Of a DNA stretch of 64,000 nt, positions 40,542-49,148 are shown in pieces (within the stretch, counting starts at the first letter, position 1; each line of letters starts with the position of its first letter). This DNA comes from an uncultured Actinomycetota bacterium (GTDB lineage: Bacteria; Actinomycetota; Actinomycetes; Prado026): positions 3,091 through 67,090 of the forward strand of contig CAWKHA010000002.1 of the NCBI GenBank assembly GCA_963849365.1. The letters are read 5' to 3'. The notes below the pieces were generated by a model. It was not told the origin of the DNA, made no database searches, and saw only the letters and a list, made by a program, of their open reading frames with translations. Made by a program: the position numbers and the translations under genes.

Positions 40542-41339
40542 TCACGTCCCGACGTCGCGGCGCCGGAAGGCCACGACCGACAGCACGAACAGCAGCACGG
40601 AACCGGCCAGCAGGACGGCGGTGTACCCGGGCGACAGCCCGTTGCGCAGCGGGTCGTTCCCGAGCGCCCACTGGAACGGGGTGAACTTGAGCCAGGGCCG
40701 CAGCCCGTCGACCAACGGGCCGAGCGAGTAGAGCAGGAACGCGGCGAGGGCCAGCGCCACCGCGGCGCCGACGGCCACGGCCCTCCGGCCGGTCAGCGCG
40801 CCGCCGAGCAGCGCCACGCCGGTGTACAGCCAGCCCAGGAGCACGACGGCCGCGCAGGCGCCCAGCAGCTCGACGCCGCCGACCCGGAGGTCGACCGTAC
40901 GGGCACCGATCATGAGCACGAGCCACAGCAGCGCGCCGAGCCCGGCCAACGCGGTCAGCAGCGCCGCCAGCTTGGACAGCACGATCCGGTCCCGGCTCAC
41001 CGGGAGCGTGAGCAACAGGTCGGCGGTGCCGCGTTCCTCCTCGACGGCGGTGGCCGACGCGCCCCAGCCGGCCCCGATCCCGATGAAGACGAGCGGGACC
41101 ATGATGCTGAACAGCTCAGCCCCCAGGTAGCCCGGGCCGGAGGTGTAGTCGGTCATCCGGAACATGGTCTTGAAGGCCTCGGGGAAGCTCTCGATCATCT
41201 GCGCGGTACCGGCGGCCGCGCTGCGGATGCTCGGGTAGACCGCGAGCTGCACCGACGACAGCGCGGTGAGGCCGAGCGACCAGCCGACGATGGCCCGCCA
41301 GTGGTCACGCCACGTCTTGACGGTCAGCGTCATCGACAT
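40542..41339 (-). CDS. ABC-2 type transporter permease
   Basis: Six hydrophobic segments; EEERGT.DLLL.LPVSR..I.L.K motif; C-terminal FRRRDV. Confidence 0.9.
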   Translation of the reverse strand: MSMTLTVKTWRDHWRAIVGWSLGLTALSSVQLAVYPSIRSAAAGTAQMIESFPEAFKTMFRMTDYTSGPGYLGAELFSIMVPLVFIGIGAGWGASATAVEEERGTADLLLTLPVSRDRIVLSKLAALLTALAGLGALLWLVLMIGARTVDLRVGGVELLGACAAVVLLGWLYTGVALLGGALTGRRAVAVGAAVALALAAFLLYSLGPLVDGLRPWLKFTPFQWALGNDPLRNGLSPGYTAVLLAGSVLLFVLSVVAFRRRDVGT

Positions 41340-42237
41340 GGTCCTGCCCTCCCCCAACGTAGCCGAGGAAGATCTCTTCGAGGTCCGGTTCGTGGCTGAC
41401 GACGTTCACGACGCCCTGCTCGACGGCGGCGCGCAGCAGCTCGGCCACGTGCCCGGTCACGACACAGGTCACGACGTCGCCGTGCGCGCTGGCCTCGGTG
41501 ACACCAGGGACTGCCCGGAAGACCGACGGGTCGACGGGGCGGCCGAGGTCCAGGTCCAGCCGGCGGACGGCGCGCTGCTTCAGCGTGCTGATCCGCTCGA
41601 CCACGACCAGGTGCCCGTCGACCACGATGCCGACCCGGTCGGCCAGCTGTTCGACCTCCGCCAGCACGTGCGAGGACAGGAACACGCAGGCACCGCGCGC
41701 GGTTGCCTCGCGGACGAGCTCGGTGAACTCCAGCTGCACCAGCGGGTCCAGCCCGGACGTCGGCTCGTCGAGCACCAGCAGGTCCGGCTTGTGCATGAAC
41801 GCCTGCACGACGCCGATCTTCTGCCGGTTGCCCTTGGACAGATCGTGGATGTGCCGGCCGAGGTCCACGTCGAGCCGTTCGGCCAGCTTGGTGATCTCGG
41901 CGCCGGGCACCCCGCCACGCATCCGGGCCATGAACCGGAGGAACTCGCCGCCGTGCAGGTTCTCGTACATCGCGAGGTCGCCGGGCAGGTAGCCGATGCG
42001 GCGGCGCACCTCGACGCCGCGGCGCTGCGCATCCATACCCAGCAGCTGCGCGCTCCCGCGGGTGGGGTGCAACAGGCCCAGCAGCAGCCGGATCGTGGTG
42101 GTCTTGCCGGCCCCGTTGGGTCCGAGGAAGCCGAACACCTCGCCGGGCCGCACCTGCAGGTCGAGGTCCTCGATGCCGCGCTGCCGGCCGTAGTACTTGG
42201 TCAGGCCGTCGGTCCGCAGGGCCACGTCGTCGGTCAT
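41305..42237 (-). CDS. ABC transporter ATP-binding protein
   Basis: GPNGAGKTT, LSKGNRQK, LDEPTSGLDP and SSH motifs. Confidence 0.95.
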   Translation of the reverse strand: MTDDVALRTDGLTKYYGRQRGIEDLDLQVRPGEVFGFLGPNGAGKTTTIRLLLGLLHPTRGSAQLLGMDAQRRGVEVRRRIGYLPGDLAMYENLHGGEFLRFMARMRGGVPGAEITKLAERLDVDLGRHIHDLSKGNRQKIGVVQAFMHKPDLLVLDEPTSGLDPLVQLEFTELVREATARGACVFLSSHVLAEVEQLADRVGIVVDGHLVVVERISTLKQRAVRRLDLDLGRPVDPSVFRAVPGVTEASAHGDVVTCVVTGHVAELLRAAVEQGVVNVVSHEPDLEEIFLGYVGGGQDHVDDADRQDVA

Positions 42238-42253
42238 GCCACCACGCCCTCGG

Positions 42254-43147
42254 CTAGCTTCCGTGCGGACGGACGACGGCGACGGCGCAGCGCGCGTGGT
42301 TGACGACCGCGTGGCACACCGACCCCAGCAACAGCGAGCGGAAGCCGCCGCGCCCGCGCGACCCCACCACGACGAGCGCCGCGCCCGGCGAAGCGCCGAC
42401 CAGTGCCTGGGCCGGTCCGCCGTGCACGAGCACCTGACGGACCTGCACGTCGGGGTACTTCTCCCGCCAGCCTGCCAGTGCCTCGGACAGGACGCGCAGC
42501 TCCCCGCGCTCGACCTCGGCGAAGAACTCCTGGTCGGGCTCCGGTGCGCTCCGGACCGGGACCTCGTAGTACGGCGCCTCCCAGGCGTGCATCGCGGTGA
42601 GGCCGGCCCCGCGCAGGGACGCCTCCTCGAATGCGAACGCGACGGCGTCCGTCGAGGACTCCGAGCCGTCGATCCCGACGACGACACGGCCCGCCTGCGG
42701 ACCGGGCGGGGTGTAGTCCAGCGAGCGCACCACGACGATCGGGCACGGCGCGTAGGTCACGAGCTCCAGGGCCGTCGAGCCGAGCAGCAGCTCGGTGAAC
42801 GTGCCCAGCCCGCGGCCGCCGACGACGCCCATCTGCGCCCCGACGAGCTGTTCCATCAGGACCGGGACCGGTGGTCCCTCGATGACGCGGCTGGACACCT
42901 CGACGCCTGGCTGCTCCAGACGCGACTCGTGCTCGGCCGCGAGCAGCATGCGCTCCGCGGCCGCGCGCATCGCGTCCTCGGCCGGACGGACGAACGAGCC
43001 GAACCCGGCGAAGCTCCCGATCGGCTGGAACAGCGCGTGCACGATCAGGACGGACGTGGCCCGCTCGCGGGCGGCCCCCATCGCCCAGGTCAGCGCCACC
43101 CGGCTGGACTCCGAGCCGTCGAAGCCGACGACGATTCTGCTGGCCAT
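42254..43147 (-). CDS. Tandem-domain universal stress protein
   Basis: IVVGFDGS...G.RGLG.F.ELLLGS and VVVGIDGS...GSRGRGGFRSLLLGSV. Confidence 0.95.
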   Translation of the reverse strand: MASRIVVGFDGSESSRVALTWAMGAARERATSVLIVHALFQPIGSFAGFGSFVRPAEDAMRAAAERMLLAAEHESRLEQPGVEVSSRVIEGPPVPVLMEQLVGAQMGVVGGRGLGTFTELLLGSTALELVTYAPCPIVVVRSLDYTPPGPQAGRVVVGIDGSESSTDAVAFAFEEASLRGAGLTAMHAWEAPYYEVPVRSAPEPDQEFFAEVERGELRVLSEALAGWREKYPDVQVRQVLVHGGPAQALVGASPGAALVVVGSRGRGGFRSLLLGSVCHAVVNHARCAVAVVRPHGS

Positions 43148-43179
43148 GACAACCTCCGGGGCCTCAGGTGCCTGGTCCC

Positions 43180-43302
43180 AGGGTCCCGCCCGGGTCTGGC
43201 GACCGGCAGGGTCTTCAGTCCCATCGCCGTCCCGGGCCCCGTCGCGCAGCGACGCCGGCGGGACCAAAGTCTCTGCCGGGGCCCGCGTCGCACGCGCAGG
43301 AT
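43180..43302. promoter_or_regulatory. Divergent DosR-like promoters (USP-ABC and Hsp20)
   Basis: GGGTCTTCAGTCCC at 43209-43222 with GACCCT (minus, 43180-43185); GGGACCAAAGTCTC at 43260-43273 with CAGGAT (plus, 43297-43302). Confidence 0.68.
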
Positions 43303-43402
43303 CGAAGGGTCGGACGCGCTCGCGGATGCACGCGATGCCCGACGCCGTGGGCATTGTGAGCCGTCCGGTGCCCCGGATCGTCGCGTCACACAGGAGGTCG
43401 AG

Positions 43403-43825
43403 ATGAACGAGATCGTTCGCACGTCGGTACGACCAGGCTGGTCGGACCTGGTCGACTGGGTCGAGGGGCTCTCCCCGGCGAGTTTCCGCGCGGGGCCCGG
43501 CTCGGTCGCTATGCGCGCTGAGGAGTTCGTCCAGGACGGCCGGTACGTCCTGCGCGTCGAGGCTCCCGGCGTCGACCCGGCGAAAGACGTCGAGGTCACC
43601 GTCGAGGGCGACATGTTGCTGATCCGCGTCGAGCGGCGCGAAGAGGTCAAGGAGGAAAAGAGGTCGGAGTTCCGGTACGGCTCCTTCGAGCGGCGCGCGG
43701 TGCTCCCGGTCCACGTCCGCACGGACGACGTGACCGCGACCTACCGCGACGGCATCCTCGAGGTGTCGGTCGGCATGGAAGAGGCCAAGCCCGAGTCCCG
43801 TCACATCCCGGTACAGGCGGCCTGA
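43403..43825 (+). CDS. Hsp20/alpha-crystallin family protein (HspX/Acr-like)
   Basis: [27 protein letters not shown]...LP and ATY.DGILEV; AGGAGG RBS. Confidence 0.93.
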   Translation: MNEIVRTSVRPGWSDLVDWVEGLSPASFRAGPGSVAMRAEEFVQDGRYVLRVEAPGVDPAKDVEVTVEGDMLLIRVERREEVKEEKRSEFRYGSFERRAVLPVHVRTDDVTATYRDGILEVSVGMEEAKPESRHIPVQAA

Positions 43826-46600
43826 ACAGGACCGCCGGCGCCGCGTCCCGGGTCATTCCTGCGGGCGCGGCGCCGCACTGCGCGCACCGCTTCGTCGACA
43901 CCCCAGACCAGCACCGCGAAGAACGGCAGTAGGGCGAGCTGCCGCGGCGGCGGCAGCGCCATCCCCAGGGCCGCGTCCACCCCGGGAACCAGCACGACCG
44001 CCGCTGCGAACACCAGCTCGAACGCGATCCCGCCGAGCAGGAGCCGGTTGCTGAACACCCCGACCTGCCACAGCGACGCTCGCTCGGTGCGGGCGGCGAA
44101 CGCGGTACCGACCTGGCAGGCGACGATCCCGAGGAACGTCATGGTCGTCGCCTGCAGGTACGTGTGGTGCAGAGCGCTCCCGGCCGCGACGTCGGCCCCG
44201 GGGACCCAGCCGCCGTCGTGCAGCACCCAGAAGAAGCCGAGCATGACCAGCACGGCCGAGACCCCGCCCAGCAGCAGCCAGGCCCGCAGCAGCAGGTCAC
44301 GGCGGATGATCCGTTCGCTGCGCGGCCGTGGGGACCTGCTCATCGTGCCCGGCTCGGCCGGCTCCCGTCCCAGCGCAAGAGCGGGCAGCGTCTCGGTGAA
44401 GATGTCGATGGCGAGGATCTGCAGCACCGTGAGCGGGAGCGGCACGCGCCCTCCGGAGAGCGCGAAGACCAGGAAGGGGATCACCTCGGGAGTCGCGTGG
44501 GCGAAGATGTAGAGGATGAACTTGCGGACGTTGTCGTAGACCCGCCGTCCCTCGCCGACCGCGGTCACGATCGTGCCGAAGTTGTCGTCGGTCAGCACCA
44601 TCGTGGACGCCTCGCGTGCGACGTCCGTCCCGTTCTCCCCCATCGCGACGCCGATGTCGGCACGCCGCAGCGCGGGGGCGTCGTTGACGCCGTCACCGGT
44701 CATCGCGACGACTTCTCCGGACGCCTGCAGGGCGTCCGCGACGCGCATCTTCATCTCGGCCGAGCTCCTGGCCAGCACCAGCTCCTCGTCGCCGGCCAGG
44801 AACTGGTCGAACTCCGGCTCGGTGAGCCGGTCGAGGTCGCTCGCGTTCACGGTCACGACGTGGTCCCCCCCGATGCCGACCTGCGTCGCGATCTCGCCCG
44901 CGGTGAGGCGGTGGTCGCCGGTGACGACGATGATCCGGATGCCGGCCCGGTGACAGGCGTCGACCGCGGACCTCACCTCGGGGCGGGGCGGGTCGAACAG
45001 CGCGACGACGCCGAGCAGCGTGAGTCCGCGCTCCACGTCGGAGCGCTCCTCGGGCACCGCCTCCGACTCGAGGCTGCGCTCGGCCGCCGCGATGAGGCGC
45101 AGCCCGCGCGCGGCGTAGCCGCCGACCGCGGCAGTGACCTGGTCGCGGGTGACCGCGTCCAGCGGGCGGGCCGACCCGTCCGCCGCGACGTACGCGACAC
45201 TGCGCGCCAGCACGTCCTCCGGGGCGCCTTTCGTATGGACCACGATCCCCCGCGGCTCGGCGTCGACGGTCGTCATCAGCCGGAGCAACGGGTCGAAGTG
45301 GAACATCCGCAGCCGGCTGGCGGTACGGCGGGCGGGGTCGACGTCGGCGCCGAGCCGGCGGGCGGCCTCCAGCAGGGCAACGTCGGTCGGGTCGCCGGTC
45401 CCGCGCGGCTTGGCCGGGTCGAGCTCGGCGGTGTTGCAGCGGGCGAGCGTCTCGGCGAGGCGGTCCCGGACGGTGGCCGGTACCGGGGTGTCCGGCGGTC
45501 GCGTCGTCGTCCAGCTCGCCCTGCAGCGTCCAGGACGAGACCGCTCGCATGCGGTTCTCGGTGAGCGTCCCGGTCTTGTCGGTGCAGATGACGCTCGTCG
45601 ACCCCAGCGTCTCGACGGCGCTCAGCCGTTTCACCAGCGCACCCTTGCGGGCCAGCTCGCGTACGGCGACGGCGAGCGCCAGCGTGATCGTCGGGAGCAG
45701 GCCCTCGGGCACGTTGGCGACGATCAGGCCGATGGCGAAGTTGATCGCGTTCGTGAAGGAAAGGCCCGCGACCAGGGCGCCGAGCGGGATGAAGGCCACC
45801 GCCACGACCACGGCGACGAGGGCGATCAGCCAGGCCACCCGGCGCACCTGCAGCTCCAGCGGGCTGGGCTCGCGGACCACCCGCTGGGAGAGCGCCGCGA
45901 TCCGGCCGAGCTCGGTCTGCATCCCGGTGCGGACGACGAGGGCCACGGCCTCACCGCCGGTGCACGCCGTACCGCTGAAGACGACGTTCGGAGCCTGCAG
46001 CAGCGGAACGCCCGGGTCGGTGGCGGTCGCCGACCGCAGCACCGGCAGCGACTCCCCGGTCAGGGTCGAGGTGTCCAGCTCGACGGCGCCCTCGAGGATG
46101 CGGCCGTCGGCGCACACCCGGTCGCCCTCGGCGAGCAGCAGGACGTCGCCGGGGACCAGGTCGGCTGCGGCGACCTCCAGGCGCAGCCCTTCCCGGCGGA
46201 CCGCGGCACGCTGGGGCAGGTACTGCGTCAGCGCCTCGACGGCACGTTCGGTCTGGCGCTCCTGGGCGAACGCGAAGACGGCGTTGAGCAGGATCACGAG
46301 GCAGATCGCAGCGCACAGGATCCACGTGCCGGTGACGGCAGACAGCGCAGCCGCCGTCCACAGCAGCAGGGCGAGCGGGTGGACGAGCTGCTCGCCGAGC
46401 TCACGGAACGGGCTGCGTCGCCCCGTCGCACGCAGCTCGTTGGGCCCGTAGGCGACCAGGCGGCGGGCCGCCTCGCGCGCGGACAGCCCGCGGGGGTCCG
46501 TGCGCAGGTCGCGCATGAGCAGCCGGACCGGCTCGGTGACGTCGACCGGCAGGTCCGGCTCCCCGAGCCGGACCTGCGAGATCTCACGCTGGCCTGGCAC
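43801..46600 (-). pseudogene. Cation-transporting P-type ATPase (type II), frameshifted near 45500
   Basis: N-terminal frame has TGES, ANVPEGL and CTDKTGTLT. The second frame continues LARCN...GDPT...[23 protein letters not shown] and the TM helices. Could be a sequencing error. Confidence 0.85.
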
Positions 46601-46639
46601 GGCTGACCACCCCTCGCGGCACGCGGGCGGGTGGCTCCC

Positions 46640-47131
46640 TCAGCCGCGCAAGGACACGGGACGACCCTCGATGGCCGAGATGTCGTCGGCCGCCGTGCCG
46701 AGCAGGCGCTCGGACAGCTGCCGCAGCGCACGGGCCACGGCGATCTCGTCGCCGATCTCCGGCACGTCCTCGTCGCCCGACCGGCGGTGCGCCTTTCCAC
46801 GCGCATCCAGGTGCTGGGGCGCCTCGGTGATCAGCACCGCGTGGGCGCTGGTCTCCTCGCCTGCCTCGAAGAGGTCGATCCTGACCTGCCAGGACCGCAC
46901 GTGCCGCAGCGGCGCGTGCGCGGCCTCGGCCTCGGGGGTCCCCGGCTCGGCGGACTGCACGAATGCGTCCGGACCGGGGAACACCAGGGCCTGCTGACCG
47001 GTGTCGGCCCACTGCACCAGGTAGGGCGGAGACCCGTCCTCGTGCCGTACCTCCACGATGCGCCCGTCGCGGACCGGCCCGTCGAGCCTGGTCGCCGCGA
47101 TGATGATCCTGTCTCCGACCGAAGCCTTCAT
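46640..47131 (-). CDS. DUF1918 (Rv0569-like) plus DUF1876/Rv1738-like fusion protein
   Basis: MKA.VGDRI...R.G.I.EV...DGSPPY.V.W...FPGPDA; then W.V.IDL.E...T.A.A.L...G.A.R...D..VPEIGDE.AVARAL. Confidence 0.85.
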   Translation of the reverse strand: MKASVGDRIIIAATRLDGPVRDGRIVEVRHEDGSPPYLVQWADTGQQALVFPGPDAFVQSAEPGTPEAEAAHAPLRHVRSWQVRIDLFEAGEETSAHAVLITEAPQHLDARGKAHRRSGDEDVPEIGDEIAVARALRQLSERLLGTAADDISAIEGRPVSLRG

Positions 47132-47213
47132 GGGACACCACCTTCCATACCCCGTGCCGCCGTCGCGAGCCGGGCCCTGAGGACATCAGACGCCTGATGC
47201 CGGCTCGCCACCA

Positions 47214-47287
47214 GGTACCAAAGTCCCCGCCCCGCACCGCAACCGGGACCTTCGGCCGTGGAGACCGGCCCGGGCGAGGACGAGGGT
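47214..47287. promoter_or_regulatory. Two DosR-like boxes in a divergent intergenic region
   Basis: GGTACCAAAGTCCC at 47214-47227; GGGACCTTCGGCCG at 47245-47258 with GAGGGT at 47282-47287. Confidence 0.62.
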
Positions 47288-47324
47288 GGGAAGCCGGGGT
47301 CCGTCGCAAGTCTTGGAGGGGTCG

Positions 47325-49139
47325 ATGAACGGCCACCAGGAGGGTGACTGGTCACGGCGCGAGTTCCTGGGGGCGGTGGGAGCCGCCGGCGCGGCCGGGC
47401 TGTTCCTGCCGCAGGGGCTGTGGCTCCCCGAGCCCGGCGCGGTCGGCGCGCCCAGCAGCTTCACCGGGTCGAACGCGCTGCGACTGGCCATGCACGTGCA
47501 CGGGACGTGGTCGGAGGGGCTCGGCAGCTGGGGGGCTCAGTTCACCCAGGCCGCCGCCAACGGTCTGGACGTCCTGTACCTGACCGATCACGACTTCCGG
47601 GCGACGGCCGACAAGTACCTGACGTCCCTGACCGGCGTGACCTGGGTGAAGACCAAGACCGGGACGCTCGCGCAGCAGGCCCAGACCGCGAGCGGCGGCG
47701 GCATCCGCGTCCTCGCCGAGAGCTCGGCCGCCGGGAGCGCGGCGTCGGTGACCATGGCCGTGCAGCCCAAACCGCAGGCGTTCAACCGGCTGCGCACCTC
47801 CGTCGCCGGCCAGACGATCGAGCACACGGTGACCTCCGCGCGGCTCACCGCCGGCGCCCGCTACGAGGTGGTCGTCGAGCTGAGCTACCACCCAGCGGCC
47901 ACCGGTGGCCCCGCGGGCCAGTACAAGCTCGTCTACCGGTTCGGCGCGGCCACCGCCTCGCGGTTCAAGGAGAACGGCGGCCTGACCGGCGTGGTCGCGG
48001 CGCCGGCCCCGGCCGCCGGCTCGGTCCAGCGGCTGTCGCCGGAGACGGACATCGCCGCGCTCTGGCCGTCGATGCTGCCGATGGACAACGCGATGTATGG
48101 CGTGTCGTTCACTGCCAGGAGCCCGCGCAAGGGTGCCGTCGCCGACATCCGGGTGGCCGGCGTGCGGTTCCTGCGCACCCAGAACGGCGCTGCGGCCGTC
48201 ACCGCGAACCAGGCCGCGCTCATCGCGGCCTACCAGTCGCAGTTCCCGACGCTCACGGCACGCGCCACGACCGAGACCAGCCGCACGCTGCCGGACATGA
48301 CCCCGTTCGGAGTCCCGCAGTACTTCCCCGACTACCCGAACCTGCCCGGCGACCTCGACGCGCAGCACGCCGCGATCGTGGCGGACGTGCACGCCAAGAA
48401 CGGGCTGGTCTCCTGGAACCATCCGTTCGGGTACAACACCGGCCCGCTGCTGAGCGCGGCAGAGCGCGACGCCAGGCGGCGCCAGCTGTTCGCCACGATG
48501 CGGGCGGTGCAGCAGTACGGCGTGGACCTGCTGGAAGTGGGTTACACGCTGCGTGGCAACGTCGACGCCGCCACTCACATCGCGCTGTGGGACACCTTCT
48601 CCCGCAACGGGACCTTCCTGACCGGGAACGGCACGAGCGACGACCACAGCGGCGAGGGGTGGAAGAACCTGAGCAACGGTTTCGTCACCGGCCTGTGGGG
48701 GGCGTCGCGCTCGGAGAGCGAGGTGCTGGCCGGCCTCGCCGCCGGACGGGCCTTCGCCGCGCACCTGGGGAAGTGGTCGGGCAGCGAGACAGACCTGCTG
48801 GTCGACGGGACGGTTCCGATGGGCTCGGACTCGGTGGCCACCAAGGCCAGCCGGTCGCTGGCGATCTGGGCGACCGCCCTGCCCGCAGGCAGTGCGGTCC
48901 AGCTCGTGTCGGGACCGGTCGACTTCGCCGGCGCACCGGACCCGGGAACGGCGGTGGTCCGCTCGCTGGCGCCGTCCGAGTTCTCCGGCGGGACCGCGAC
49001 CGTAACGGTCGACACCACGGTCTCGCGGTTCTACCGCGTGCAGGTGCTCGCAGCGGACGGCTCCGTCATCGGCTGCGGCAACCCGGTGTGGCTGCTCAGG
49101 CAGCAGCCGCCCGGCGGGATCCCGACCCCGCGGAGCTGA
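47325..49139 (+). CDS. Tat-exported PHP-like (CehA/McbA-type) metallohydrolase
   Basis: SRREFLG twin-arginine signal; metal-binding motifs HVHGTWSEG, TDHD, NHPFG and SDDH. Confidence 0.75.
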   Translation: MNGHQEGDWSRREFLGAVGAAGAAGLFLPQGLWLPEPGAVGAPSSFTGSNALRLAMHVHGTWSEGLGSWGAQFTQAAANGLDVLYLTDHDFRATADKYLTSLTGVTWVKTKTGTLAQQAQTASGGGIRVLAESSAAGSAASVTMAVQPKPQAFNRLRTSVAGQTIEHTVTSARLTAGARYEVVVELSYHPAATGGPAGQYKLVYRFGAATASRFKENGGLTGVVAAPAPAAGSVQRLSPETDIAALWPSMLPMDNAMYGVSFTARSPRKGAVADIRVAGVRFLRTQNGAAAVTANQAALIAAYQSQFPTLTARATTETSRTLPDMTPFGVPQYFPDYPNLPGDLDAQHAAIVADVHAKNGLVSWNHPFGYNTGPLLSAAERDARRRQLFATMRAVQQYGVDLLEVGYTLRGNVDAATHIALWDTFSRNGTFLTGNGTSDDHSGEGWKNLSNGFVTGLWGASRSESEVLAGLAAGRAFAAHLGKWSGSETDLLVDGTVPMGSDSVATKASRSLAIWATALPAGSAVQLVSGPVDFAGAPDPGTAVVRSLAPSEFSGGTATVTVDTTVSRFYRVQVLAADGSVIGCGNPVWLLRQQPPGGIPTPRS

Positions 49140-49148
49140 GGGGGACCG

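Noticed and set aside
43350-43402. RNA thermometer in the Hsp20 5' UTR
   Set aside because: A hairpin is possible (TGTGA...TCCGG/CCGGA...TCACA), but the AGGAGG lies outside it.
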